Shown here piece after piece: positions 1 through 9,499 of a stretch of 38,222 nucleotides of DNA (position 1 is the stretch's first letter; every line of letters starts with the position of its first letter). The stretch is from Deltaproteobacteria bacterium (GTDB taxonomy: Bacteria; JAEEML01), in contig JAEEML010000124.1 of the NCBI GenBank assembly GCA_016283195.1, forward strand, positions 1 to 38,222. The letters are read 5' to 3'. The notes below the pieces were generated by a model, which saw only the letters and a program-made list of their open reading frames with translations, was not told where the DNA came from and did not search any database. The position numbers and the translations under genes are program-made.

Positions 1-632
1 ACCTCCGAAGTGAGTGTGGAGCCGGCACCAATATAAGCGCCTTCATGAATAATCAGCGGAGCCACAATGGTACTGTTAGAGCCGATAAAACAACCCGCGC
101 CTATGGAGGTGCGATGTTTTTTCTCACCATCATAATTACAAGTAATAGTGCCGGCACCGATATTGGTTTTGGCCCCGATATCGCTATCACCCAAATAAGA
201 GAGGTGGTTGGCTTTAACTCCGGCGGCTAAATGGCTGTTTTTTATTTCCACAAAATTGCCCACATGAACATTTTCGCCGCACTCAGCACCGGGCCTTAGG
301 CGTGAATAAGGCCCTATTTGGCAGCTTTCACCCACTTTGGCGTCCTCAAGATAAGAAAAAGCCCGAATGTATGTACCGGCGGCCACCACCATATTTTTGA
401 GGCTGGAATAGCCCTCAATGGTTACATTTTCGCCTATTTCCGTATTGCCGGCGAGGATAACCCCGGGGCCGATAACCGTCCCCTGCCCTATTTTTACGCC
501 TTCATCTATTACCGGCCATGGAGCAGCAGTAAATTGCACTCCGGCAGCCAGGTGGTGCAGCAAAATTTTCTTTTGCTCGGCCTCTCTTTTTAATAAATTA
601 TCTTGTAATTCAATGAGTTTTTCAGATTCCAT
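1..632 (-). CDS. glmU: Stand-alone GlmU C-terminal (glucosamine-1-phosphate N-acetyltransferase, left-handed beta-helix) protein; 3' end runs off the window
   Basis: Not in the ORF track; translated by hand from ATG at 632 (GAGGAG SD upstream): [14 protein letters not shown]...[16 protein letters not shown]...[70 protein letters not shown]...[12 protein letters not shown]...YIGAGSTLT. These are GlmU acetyltransferase signature motifs. Confidence 0.9.
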   Translation of the reverse strand, partial: MESEKLIELQDNLLKREAEQKKILLHHLAAGVQFTAAPWPVIDEGVKIGQGTVIGPGVILAGNTEIGENVTIEGYSSLKNMVVAAGTYIRAFSYLEDAKVGESCQIGPYSRLRPGAECGENVHVGNFVEIKNSHLAAGVKANHLSYLGDSDIGAKTNIGAGTITCNYDGEKKHRTSIGAGCFIGSNSTIVAPLIIHEGAYIGAGSTLTSE

Positions 633-641
633 CTTTGCTCC

Positions 642-1118
642 TCACTTAATAAAGTAGGCACCAAGCGCCACTAAAGCCCCGGCATAAATCCCGGCGGCCA
701 CATCATCCATAGTAACGCCAAAGCCATTTTTAACTTTCTTATCGAAAAATGAAGCCGGCCAGGGTTTGGTAATATCAAAAAGGCGAAAGGCGGCAAAAAG
801 CAAAAGAGCCATGAGCGGGCTAAATTGCGGAACCAAAAGAGCTGCCACCAAATAACCGGCTACTTCGTCGATAACAATGCGCCCGTCATCGGTTTCGTTA
901 AATATTTTTCCGGCTTTGTGGGCAATAAGCACCGAAAGTCCGATAAACAAAAGAGTTACCACATATAAAAGCCAGTTTGGCGCCAGCAAAGAACACAATG
1001 AGTAGATGAGCACTCCGCCCAAAGTGCCGAAAGTTCCTGGGGCTTTGGGCAAAAATCCCAGGCCAAAAAAGGTAGCTAAAATCAAAATCAGCTTTTCGCC
1101 AGCACTATACTTTTTCAT
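642..1118 (-). CDS. pgpA: Phosphatidylglycerophosphatase A
   Basis: Motifs GLGFLPKAPGTFGTL, DDGRIVIDEVAG, FRLFDITKPWP, GFGVTMDDVAAG; hydrophobic helices. Confidence 0.95.
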   Translation of the reverse strand: MKKYSAGEKLILILATFFGLGFLPKAPGTFGTLGGVLIYSLCSLLAPNWLLYVVTLLFIGLSVLIAHKAGKIFNETDDGRIVIDEVAGYLVAALLVPQFSPLMALLLFAAFRLFDITKPWPASFFDKKVKNGFGVTMDDVAAGIYAGALVALGAYFIK

Positions 1119-3481
1119 ATATTTCTAACCCGTAGTAACCAGCCGCCGCCCTCTTTTAAGAGTTCCATGAGCTGCTTATCACCGATAGTATGTAAAATAG
1201 CGCCAAGACGGGCAATAAAATATTCTTCCGGCACCGCCACAGGCAGATTATCACCATAAGCCATAGCGGCAATCACCGTAAGCAGATTTTCCACTTCCGG
1301 GCGCAAAAAACTATACACGCTGTCACAGCTCGTGAGATCATTTAAAAGCTCTTCCGCCAAATCATAGGCCTGCTGCCAGAGCAACTGAGAGATGTAAAGA
1401 TAAATAAGGGCCAACGTATCAAGCATAAACGGCCGGCGGCCTGAGCTCTGTATGCTGGCAAGTTCGCTCATTTTTTCGCGGAATTCCCGGCGATTTCGCT
1501 GCCATAGATAGCGGTGAACGGTGCTCATAAGTTCCAAATAAAGGCTTGGTATGGCACTGCGATCGGTAAAGAAATGCTCAACGGCCAAAAGAGCCATATA
1601 CCAGCGGCGCTTTTCTATTTCCAATACCAGAAAATAGAGGCGGCGCTCCAAAATAAGCCCCGCAGAACGATCCATAGTGGCCACACAAAAATCCATTAGA
1701 GCGCTAAGGTCGCGGCGGTAGATGATTTGTATTAATTCATCCTGCCAGGCGGCATCAGAAGGCGGCAGAGAAAAAGCCCGTTGCAACTTGCTTTCCCCAA
1801 GGCGCGGTGGCCAGGGAGGAAACGGCAGCTCCAAAGAGGCCAATTCAACACATTGGTAAAGCTCGCCGGTGGCAGCAATTTTTATAGCCCCAAGTGCAGT
1901 TGCCGATGTTTTTTCAGCGGCATCCCAAAAAGTTGGCGGCCCCGGAAACGACACAGTGCCTAAAGAGAGATGAATAACCCAATCCAGCCCGGTGAGAATC
2001 AGGCCATCGCTACAAAGAGCTGCGCTTTTAAGAGGGCTAGGAAGCACTAATTCACGATAATTATAGGGCTCTTTCCCGGCTGTTAGGGCAAATTCATAAA
2101 TAATCAGGCCACTATCAATTAAAATGGCAGTATCCTGCCCGGAGGCCAAAAGCTTGGGCGAGATCAGGGTCATGGGCAATTGATAGCGTTTTTGGCGGCG
2201 GCCGCTAAGATAATATAAGCAATATTTATCGGCTTCCTTTGTGAGAATAAAATGCGGTTGAAGCGCAATAAAAGAGGGAGATTTACTGCTTTTAATGTGC
2301 CCAAAACTATTTTGCAGCGCCTCTATATACCAGGTGCGCTGCGCTAAAAAGAGCTGCCGCCTGCTACTCCAAGTATAATTAATAATTTGCCCGTTATTAT
2401 ATAAGAACCAGAGTTCGCCGCTATGTTCATCGTAGGCAAAATCAACAGCTTGCTCAAAAACTCGCGGTTTTATCAGCAAATAGAGCGGGTCTGCCGGATT
2501 ATATTTTACTGTGGGCAGAATAGTCCTTAGCAACATGAGTTCGGCGCCGGCCAAGGTATTGCCGGCCAGCTTTAAAACAGTTGTGGCATCGTTCAAGGGA
2601 TAAAGGGCCAGTAAATCGGCCGGTAGATTAATCTCGGCCGTAAAACCCATAATGGTTAAATACCATGATGAACGCGCCATATCTTCCGTTCGCCACAAAA
2701 AGGCCTCGCCGGCGAGAGCATATAATTCTGCTGCTTCCGGCGCTAATTTGCTGGGTAACAAGCGACTAAAGGCGGCGCTTTTGGCAATTACAAGATTCTT
2801 TTTTTCGGCAGACGAAAAACCAATCAATTTAGGCGACGGCGCTAAATAACGCCCCAGTTCGTCGGCTTTAGAGGCAAATTCTATTAAATAGTCGCTTAAG
2901 AGCTGGGCGGCCTGCGGTGTAAGCCAGTACAGGCTCTCCTCCGGAGAGCTCAGGCGATTTAACAAAATATTAAGCGCCGCCGCCTGGTCGCCGGCTAAAA
3001 GCTGGTTAGCCATTTTTTCCAAAGTGCGGCTTACAGTTAAAGGCGGCGGAGCTTTTTCAATATTGCCGTCGTTTTGCAAAAAACTAATAAAATATGGATA
3101 GATAGGACTTTTAGAAGTTATGCGATAGCCGCTATAAGTGCAAATTGTCAGCCCTGGCCAGCGCAATAAATCCGGCAACAAAAGTTTAAACCGGCCTGTG
3201 GGGCCCGAAGCGCCGAAAAGCGGCAAAGCATGAAAAACATCATCCTCAAAAACTTGCTCAGAGTAGCCGGGAAGCGGCGGCAGTTCCGCGCCCAAAAGGC
3301 GGTAGTTCCGCTCGCCGGAGCGCGGCATATTAAGCCACAAAAGCGGCTCAAGCGGCGCCGGGAAAGCCGGGACAGCAGCCCCGCACTGGCCGCAATAGCG
3401 GCTCACCATAAATGAACCGCACTGCCCGCAGTGTGGCAGAAGGCACAAAAAAGGCCTTGCATTTTCGTTAGTTACCGGCAC
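1115..3481 (-). CDS. Large hypothetical protein with N-terminal zinc ribbon, possible beta-rich middle and helical C-terminus
   Basis: 788-aa ORF, GTG start, overlaps both neighbours; CGQC-x8-CGQC at the N-terminus; no family recognised. Confidence 0.7.
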   Translation of the reverse strand: MPVTNENARPFLCLLPHCGQCGSFMVSRYCGQCGAAVPAFPAPLEPLLWLNMPRSGERNYRLLGAELPPLPGYSEQVFEDDVFHALPLFGASGPTGRFKLLLPDLLRWPGLTICTYSGYRITSKSPIYPYFISFLQNDGNIEKAPPPLTVSRTLEKMANQLLAGDQAAALNILLNRLSSPEESLYWLTPQAAQLLSDYLIEFASKADELGRYLAPSPKLIGFSSAEKKNLVIAKSAAFSRLLPSKLAPEAAELYALAGEAFLWRTEDMARSSWYLTIMGFTAEINLPADLLALYPLNDATTVLKLAGNTLAGAELMLLRTILPTVKYNPADPLYLLIKPRVFEQAVDFAYDEHSGELWFLYNNGQIINYTWSSRRQLFLAQRTWYIEALQNSFGHIKSSKSPSFIALQPHFILTKEADKYCLYYLSGRRQKRYQLPMTLISPKLLASGQDTAILIDSGLIIYEFALTAGKEPYNYRELVLPSPLKSAALCSDGLILTGLDWVIHLSLGTVSFPGPPTFWDAAEKTSATALGAIKIAATGELYQCVELASLELPFPPWPPRLGESKLQRAFSLPPSDAAWQDELIQIIYRRDLSALMDFCVATMDRSAGLILERRLYFLVLEIEKRRWYMALLAVEHFFTDRSAIPSLYLELMSTVHRYLWQRNRREFREKMSELASIQSSGRRPFMLDTLALIYLYISQLLWQQAYDLAEELLNDLTSCDSVYSFLRPEVENLLTVIAAMAYGDNLPVAVPEEYFIARLGAILHTIGDKQLMELLKEGGGWLLRVRNI

Positions 3482-4274
3482 AGAGCACCACCACTTCCGG
3501 GGAAATATGAATCAAAACACTTTCCGCCGCATAACGCTTATTAATCTGGCGCAAAAGTCCGGCCTTGTCATGGGCCAGCCCTTCCAGCTGCCAGCGCTGT
3601 CTGGCGGCATCAGCCACCACCCGCTCGGCAATGCGCTTACTGGTTAAAAAATAATATGTATCTATCTGTTCCAGTTGGCGTTTGCGCTCTTCTTCCATAG
3701 CCAAAGTGGCCGCATTTATTTTCTCGGCCAGAGCCTCTTTAAAATATGCTTCGGCCAAATTCTCCACTTTTTGTAACACGCTCTCATCCCAAGCAGGAAA
3801 AACGGCACCTTCACTCAGGCTGGCGAGTAAATTCTGCTCTTCATCGGCCGTGAGCTGCGGCAAAAGCTGTGGTTCGCCGCTTTCCGGCAGCCAAAAAGGC
3901 AAAAGACAAAGCTCTTCATCTATATTCACTGCGCGGATAGATACATTCCACCAGACAAAAAAGAATTGCCCGCTCCCGGCACTCATGTTATGCCATTTTT
4001 CCGGCAAATTGCGCCGTTTTTTGGCCAAAAGCCGCGCTTTATACACTGCCTGGCAATGCTCCAGAATATGTTCCACAAGCCAAGAAAATTGGCTGGTGGA
4101 ATGGGCTTCGTCCATAGAAGTTACAGTGATGGTGCTACCGGCTGCCCGCCCGGCCAAAGTAGCTGTCTCCGGAATGGCTATTTTTAGCTCATCGCCAGCT
4201 AAAACCACCTCGTTATATCCAAGAAGCTCCTTACTGTATTCTGCCAAAAGCGGCAGGGCACTTTTTTCACTCAT
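3468..4274 (-). CDS. YqhG-like protein (partner of YqhH-type SNF2 helicase)
   Basis: 268 aa, directly downstream of and overlapping the SNF2 gene; C-terminal coiled coil ERKRQLEQIDTYY; size and position match the Bacillus yqhH-yqhG arrangement; sequence homology not verified. Confidence 0.6.
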   Translation of the reverse strand: MSEKSALPLLAEYSKELLGYNEVVLAGDELKIAIPETATLAGRAAGSTITVTSMDEAHSTSQFSWLVEHILEHCQAVYKARLLAKKRRNLPEKWHNMSAGSGQFFFVWWNVSIRAVNIDEELCLLPFWLPESGEPQLLPQLTADEEQNLLASLSEGAVFPAWDESVLQKVENLAEAYFKEALAEKINAATLAMEEERKRQLEQIDTYYFLTSKRIAERVVADAARQRWQLEGLAHDKAGLLRQINKRYAAESVLIHISPEVVVLCAGN

Positions 4275-6165
4275 GCTGCTCTCCGGCGGAAAAGTTAAGA
4301 ATGGTGGCCGTCATCTGGCGGTCATGGTCAAATAAGAGCTGGGCCTCCTCAATCTCCTTGGCCAGTTCTTTAAAACGTTTCAAAAGCTCCTCATCTTCGA
4401 CGCTTTCCAAAATAGCCTGCCCTATGCGCCCCTCTATAGTGGCCTCATTTTTCACATAGCTCAAAATAGAATCAATTTCGCCGACAACCTTGGTAAAGAG
4501 GCCTATCTTGGCCCAGAGCAACGCCAAAAGATAACTCTCAAAAGTGCCTTCACTCACAATATTAAATATTTCCACTATATTTTGCTGCCCCAAACGATGC
4601 ACCCGACCGATGCGCTGTTCCACCCGCATGGGATTCCAAGGCAAATCATAGTTAATAATGCGGTGGCAAAATTGCAAGTTGAGACCCTGCCCGCCAACTT
4701 CGGTGCTAATCATAATGGGCACATCGGCTTTAAAAGCCGCCAGCTGCTCCCGGCGTACGCGCTCTGTTTGGGCGCCGCTAAAGGTGACAAATTTATAGCC
4801 AGCCATAGTGAGAATTTGCTCAAGTTTGGTAAGCGTGGCATGATATTCAGTATAAATTATCACCTTATCGGCAGGATCCCAAGAAGACAAAAGCTTAAGC
4901 AGAGCCTTCATTTTGGCGCTGAGTCCAAGAGATGCCCCCTGCTCCATAATGCGCCGCGCCAGAGCCAGTTGCCCATCATCTTTTATGCGCTTTAGCAAAG
5001 AATTTTCCATAGTGGCCAAAATAGCCGCCGGTGAAGAAGTAGATTCTTTGAGCAAAACCAGCAAAATGAGCAACCACCGACTACGCTCGAATGTATCGCC
5101 GCCAAAGCGATCGGCCAAAACTTCTGTGCGGTAAAGCAGGCGGGCAAGCTCCAAAATAAATTGATAAAAACGCTCTTCGGCAGCCGAAAGCTTTACCGTA
5201 ACCGTTTCCACCTGGCGGCTGGGGATAGGCACCAAAGTAGAGATGCGCCGATTGCGCACCATCACTCGCCGGCAACTGTCTTGCAAAAGATCGGCATTAC
5301 GCACCGAGTGATTCTCATCAATAAAGCGTCGCTTAAAAAAGCGCCGCGAACGAAAATGCCCCGGTTGCACCAACTGAATGAGCGAATAGAGCTCATACAA
5401 ATTATTTTGCAAGGGTGTGGCCGTTAAAAGCAGTGTGTAGCGACGCGGCAAGCTGTACATAAAGCGGTACAAAATGGTGTTACTGCTGCGCAAAATCTGG
5501 GCTTCGTCAACAATAACCATATCCAGCGCCTGGCTGGCCGCCAGAGTATTATATGGTGCTCCGCGCACTCGCTGGTGAGAAATAATAGCTATATCCGGCC
5601 AGTGTTCCGGCACATCATGAATAATCTCTGCCGCAAGACCAAATTTTTCCGCCAGTTCGTTCTGCCATTGCTCCATAAGAGCTGCCGGCACAATAATAAG
5701 CGTTTTTTTGACCATTTTGCGGGCCAAGAGCTCATTTAATATAAGGCCGGCCTCCACCGTTTTGCCAAGACCGACTTCATCGGCCAAAATAGCGTTCCCG
5801 CCCATGCTTCCCAGCACCTGACGCACGGCTTGCAACTGATAATCACGCGGCATAAAGGGCAAAGTGCCCAGAGTTTTAAATTGAAAGCCGCCGTTTTGCC
5901 TGAGCATTCGCCGGCAATTTATGGCTGCTCTAAGATGAGCCATGGTGGCATTATGGGCTCGCTTTTGGCGTAGCTTTTCCCAAAGCGGCGCGGCAAATGG
6001 TGCCATCTTCCAAGTCGGCCCGGAGAGCGGCTCTAATTCTTCCGGAGATGCCGAAGGCGCGGCATTTTTGGCACAGCCGCAAAAGAGGCAAAAGGCGGCG
6101 CTCAGCGGGTTATCTTCCCCGCATTTTGGGCAGCGATAAAAGGTATAATCACCTAAAACCGGCAT
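4267..6165 (-). CDS. SNF2-family (YqhH/RapA-like) helicase/ATPase with N-terminal zinc ribbon
   Basis: Motif I LADEVGLGKT, Ia IIVPAALMEQW, II DEAQ, III TATP, V STEVGGQGLNLQ, YDLPWNP, VI QRIGRVHRLGQ; N-terminal CPKC-x10-CLFC. Confidence 0.93.
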   Translation of the reverse strand: MPVLGDYTFYRCPKCGEDNPLSAAFCLFCGCAKNAAPSASPEELEPLSGPTWKMAPFAAPLWEKLRQKRAHNATMAHLRAAINCRRMLRQNGGFQFKTLGTLPFMPRDYQLQAVRQVLGSMGGNAILADEVGLGKTVEAGLILNELLARKMVKKTLIIVPAALMEQWQNELAEKFGLAAEIIHDVPEHWPDIAIISHQRVRGAPYNTLAASQALDMVIVDEAQILRSSNTILYRFMYSLPRRYTLLLTATPLQNNLYELYSLIQLVQPGHFRSRRFFKRRFIDENHSVRNADLLQDSCRRVMVRNRRISTLVPIPSRQVETVTVKLSAAEERFYQFILELARLLYRTEVLADRFGGDTFERSRWLLILLVLLKESTSSPAAILATMENSLLKRIKDDGQLALARRIMEQGASLGLSAKMKALLKLLSSWDPADKVIIYTEYHATLTKLEQILTMAGYKFVTFSGAQTERVRREQLAAFKADVPIMISTEVGGQGLNLQFCHRIINYDLPWNPMRVEQRIGRVHRLGQQNIVEIFNIVSEGTFESYLLALLWAKIGLFTKVVGEIDSILSYVKNEATIEGRIGQAILESVEDEELLKRFKELAKEIEEAQLLFDHDRQMTATILNFSAGEQHE

Positions 6166-6175
6166 AGCACCACAC

Positions 6176-6997
6176 CTAGTCCACTAAAACCACAAGAGCC
6201 CCGGCCGACAAAAGCTGCCTGAGGCGCTTGGTTTCGCTGATTAACTGGCTATCTTCCGCTGAGAGGACGATATCCACCGGATAGGTGCCGCTGCTTTTTA
6301 CAGCTTTAACGTGCCAGGGATTAGCTCCCGCCCTTTGGGCCAATTTGCGCGTCACCTCTTTTATGTAAATAAGCGGCCCAACCTCCATGAGCGCTGCCGA
6401 ATCGGCGGTATCAAAAAGCACCGCCCCCTGCGGAGAGCGAATTTTGGGCAAGAGCGCCGGTTTAAGGCCGGTGCCACGCGCGTCGATAATAATACCGCTG
6501 GCCGCCCCCTTTAGCGGCGTCACTTTGGTATTTCTTTGTTCACCCGGTTCTAATTTGGCATAGAGAATAGCCGAAAATGCCCCTTCGAGCGGCATATAAG
6601 TTGTCACTTCAGCCGAATTATCAGCCCCAAATTTCACTCCGCTTTGGCGATAACTGCGTAAAATACCGCGCACTTTGTATTTTAGCGCCCCCTTCTCTTC
6701 CAAATAGGCCAAAAGTGTCTGGTTTGAGTTAAAGCGAATGCCGCTAAGCATATCTATATAGGCCCGCCAGGCCTTTTGCTTGGCCGCAAGCTCTGCTCCC
6801 TCACGCGCCTGGGCTGGTGATTCCGGGTCCGGATAAGGAGAGGCTTTAGCCACCACTTTGAGCTGCCTGGTACTCCAGTCAATAGTTCCTTTGTTAAGGC
6901 GTTCAACTTTTTCGTTAGCTAAAAGAGCAAGCGGAAATAAAAAAGATATAAGCCCAAACAAAAGAGCTGTTTTTCCGCTTTTAAGGAACCGTTTCAT
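6176..6997 (-). CDS. Exported LPP20-like protein
   Basis: Sec signal peptide (...PLALLA) without a lipobox Cys; GTIDWS and GIIIDARGTGLKPALLPKI motifs resemble this family. Confidence 0.55.
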   Translation of the reverse strand: MKRFLKSGKTALLFGLISFLFPLALLANEKVERLNKGTIDWSTRQLKVVAKASPYPDPESPAQAREGAELAAKQKAWRAYIDMLSGIRFNSNQTLLAYLEEKGALKYKVRGILRSYRQSGVKFGADNSAEVTTYMPLEGAFSAILYAKLEPGEQRNTKVTPLKGAASGIIIDARGTGLKPALLPKIRSPQGAVLFDTADSAALMEVGPLIYIKEVTRKLAQRAGANPWHVKAVKSSGTYPVDIVLSAEDSQLISETKRLRQLLSAGALVVLVD

Positions 6998-7006
6998 GGC
7001 GCACCA

Positions 7007-7729
7007 TTACATTTTATAGCGGCCGAAATAGCGCTTGTCCAAATTAGACAAAAGCTCTTTTAAAACCTCCGGATCAACATTTTCATCGCCAAGCAGGAGA
7101 GCAGCCGGCTCTGCGGGAGCCTGCTCCTCATCTTCATCATTTTCTTCTTCCTCTTCTTTGGCTTCCTCCGCGGCCATTTCGGCTGCGCAATCTTCGCCCT
7201 CGTGGCTTTCCGGAGGCACACGGCCACTCATGGAGGCGAGAAGCGGCAAAATCTGCATCCCGATATTTTGATCGCTCTCTTTAATAACCGGCAAGTCGCC
7301 TTCATCATTGGTAAGGTCGTAAAGTTCTCTAAAAACCTCATCATAGCAATAAAACGGCTTGCCGGTTAACATGGAAAGTAAGACACAATCACTGGGTTTA
7401 ATTGGCAACACCAGCTGTTTTTCCATGCCAACCAAGGTCATTTGGGCGCTATAAAGAGCATTTTTTATGGCAGTTATTTCTAAATCAACCAGCTCAATAT
7501 CAAAACCTTTTAGCACCATCAAAAGCAAATCTATGGCCGACGGTTTTTGCAACTCAGCTCGGCCGCTTTTTTGGGCGACAATTCTAAGAGCCGCTAAAAT
7601 GGATATACCAATGGGCAAACAGCGTTTTTCGCCTTCCAGCTCCCGGAGGACCATAATGGGCTGCAGAAAGCCCTGTTCACTGCTCATATCTTCAAATTCA
7701 ATTAATCTTCGCGCGGCATCGTCAGCCAT
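7007..7729 (-). CDS. Bifunctional nuclease family (DUF151/BFN) protein, divergent, with acidic insertion
   Basis: PIMVLRE...LPIGI, EITAIKNALYSAQM, KPSD; C-terminal LSNLDKRYFGRYKM tail; adjacent to miaB. Confidence 0.75.
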   Translation of the reverse strand: MADDAARRLIEFEDMSSEQGFLQPIMVLRELEGEKRCLPIGISILAALRIVAQKSGRAELQKPSAIDLLLMVLKGFDIELVDLEITAIKNALYSAQMTLVGMEKQLVLPIKPSDCVLLSMLTGKPFYCYDEVFRELYDLTNDEGDLPVIKESDQNIGMQILPLLASMSGRVPPESHEGEDCAAEMAAEEAKEEEEENDEDEEQAPAEPAALLLGDENVDPEVLKELLSNLDKRYFGRYKM

Positions 7730-9047
7730 GGCAAAGTTCTCCCCTAAGTGAGTGGGTACCGATAGCGGTTATTTTTACCGTTACCAAACTCCCCGGCTTA
7801 ACATCAGCCGAAAAATGAACCAGCTTATTGCCTTCGGTGCGACCGGTAATAAGGCTTTTATCGCTTTTACTGGGCCCTTCCACCAACACTTTTAGCTCTT
7901 TTCCCAAAAGCTTTTCCATGTGCTTTTGAGAATGAATATTTTGAATTTCAACAATTTTTGTGAGCCTGGCCACCTTCTCTTTTTGCGGCACATCATCCAC
8001 TAGTTCTGCAGCTTTAGTATGCGGCCTCGGCGAGTAAGCAAAAACAAAAAGATCTGTATAATCAGCTAGTTCTACAAGAGAAGCCGTTTCCAGAAAATCG
8101 CTTTCGCTCTCGCCGGGGAAGCCAACAAGAATATCAGTGGTGAGCGCAATATCCGGCACATAAGAACGGATCATCTGCAATAAATCCAGATAATGTTCCC
8201 GCGTATAACCCCGGCCCATAGCTTTTAAAACCTTGTTGGAACCGGCTTGTACCGGCAAGTGCAGAGCCTTACAAATATTTGGCACATCAGCTATGGCCTT
8301 AACAATATCCGCGCTTAAATCTTTGGGGTGGCTGGTCATAAAGCGCAGGCGTTTAAGCCCCGGCACCTCGGCCACATAGCGCAAAAGGTCGGCAAAGGTA
8401 GCCACGCTGCCGCTGCCTTTATAGGAATTGACATTTTGCCCCAAAAGGGAAACTTCCTGCACTCCCTGCTCCGTGAGGCGCTTAACTTCGTCGTAAATAT
8501 CCTGAGCCGGGCGACTGCGCTCCGGCCCGCGCGCATAAGGCACTACGCAGTAAGCACAAAAATTATCACAGCCTTTCATTACCGTAACAAAGGCGCTAGG
8601 GCCGGTATGTGAACAGGCGGCGGGGATAAAATCATGCGCCTCTCCACACTGCGGCTCATTTGTCCACACTTTGCGCCCTTTTAAGCTGCCGCCCAAAAGC
8701 TCCGGCAAGCGGTAATAATCATTGGGGCCGACAAAATGGCTGACGGCAGTCACTTTACCCAGCAGCTCGCGCTGATGCACCTGCGCCATGCAACCGGCCA
8801 TGACAATTAGCGGCGGGTTTTCCTGCTTGGCATAGGTACCAATAAGAGAAAGGGCTTTTTGCTCGGCTTTGGCCCGCACACTGCAGGTGTTGACAATAAG
8901 CACATCGGCGCTACCTACGGCATCATCCTCACCGCCCAGGGAGACAGTGTAACCGGCAGCTTGCAAAATCTCAGCCATGCGCTCGCTGTCGCAGACATTC
9001 ATCTGGCAACCAAAGGTAATAATCTGTACATGTGGTAAATTCATCAC
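7722..9047 (-). CDS. miaB: tRNA-2-methylthio-N6-dimethylallyladenosine synthase
   Basis: [24 protein letters not shown], radical-SAM [25 protein letters not shown]-terminal TRAM domain; true start may be ATG at 9044. Confidence 0.96.
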   Translation of the reverse strand: MMNLPHVQIITFGCQMNVCDSERMAEILQAAGYTVSLGGEDDAVGSADVLIVNTCSVRAKAEQKALSLIGTYAKQENPPLIVMAGCMAQVHQRELLGKVTAVSHFVGPNDYYRLPELLGGSLKGRKVWTNEPQCGEAHDFIPAACSHTGPSAFVTVMKGCDNFCAYCVVPYARGPERSRPAQDIYDEVKRLTEQGVQEVSLLGQNVNSYKGSGSVATFADLLRYVAEVPGLKRLRFMTSHPKDLSADIVKAIADVPNICKALHLPVQAGSNKVLKAMGRGYTREHYLDLLQMIRSYVPDIALTTDILVGFPGESESDFLETASLVELADYTDLFVFAYSPRPHTKAAELVDDVPQKEKVARLTKIVEIQNIHSQKHMEKLLGKELKVLVEGPSKSDKSLITGRTEGNKLVHFSADVKPGSLVTVKITAIGTHSLRGELCHG

Positions 9048-9499
9048 TCTCGCCCTGTCGAACCAAATCCGCCGCCACCGCGCTCTGTGTCATTAAGGCT
9101 CTCACTAACAATAAAATCAGCCTTCATAACCGGCGCAATCACCAGCTGAGCCACGCGCATACCGCTTTCCACAACAAAAGGTTCACGGCCAAAATTATGC
9201 AAAATAACCTTAACTTCTCCGCGATAATCGGCATCTATCGTCCCCGGACTGTTGGGGATAGTAAGATGCGCCTTCAAGGCCAGGCCACTACGCGGGCGCA
9301 CCTGCCCTTCATAGCCGGCGGGTATAGCGATAGCCAGGCCGCAAGGCACCAGAGCCGTAGCCCCGGGCTCAATAGTCATTGGGGCATCAAGGGCGGCCCT
9401 TAAATCAGCACCGGCGGCCAAAAGAGTCTTGTATTCCGGCACGCCGGCGCTAGGGTGCAAGAGCTTTACACCAATATTTACCTGCCTATTATCGTTCAT
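9044..9499 (-). CDS. dut: Trimeric dUTP diphosphatase
   Basis: All five motifs: [35 protein letters not shown]. Confidence 0.97.
   Translation of the reverse strand: MNDNRQVNIGVKLLHPSAGVPEYKTLLAAGADLRAALDAPMTIEPGATALVPCGLAIAIPAGYEGQVRPRSGLALKAHLTIPNSPGTIDADYRGEVKVILHNFGREPFVVESGMRVAQLVIAPVMKADFIVSESLNDTERGGGGFGSTGRE

Noticed and set aside
45-657. Three short plus-strand ORFs
   Set aside because: Antisense to the GlmU acetyltransferase gene
3682-4335. 217-aa plus-strand ORF
   Set aside because: Antisense shadow of the YqhG-like gene; Ser-rich with no motifs
1115-6165. Mobile element or defence island around the SNF2 module
   Set aside because: No integrase, transposase, tRNA or flanking direct repeats seen; the genes are coupled to housekeeping neighbours
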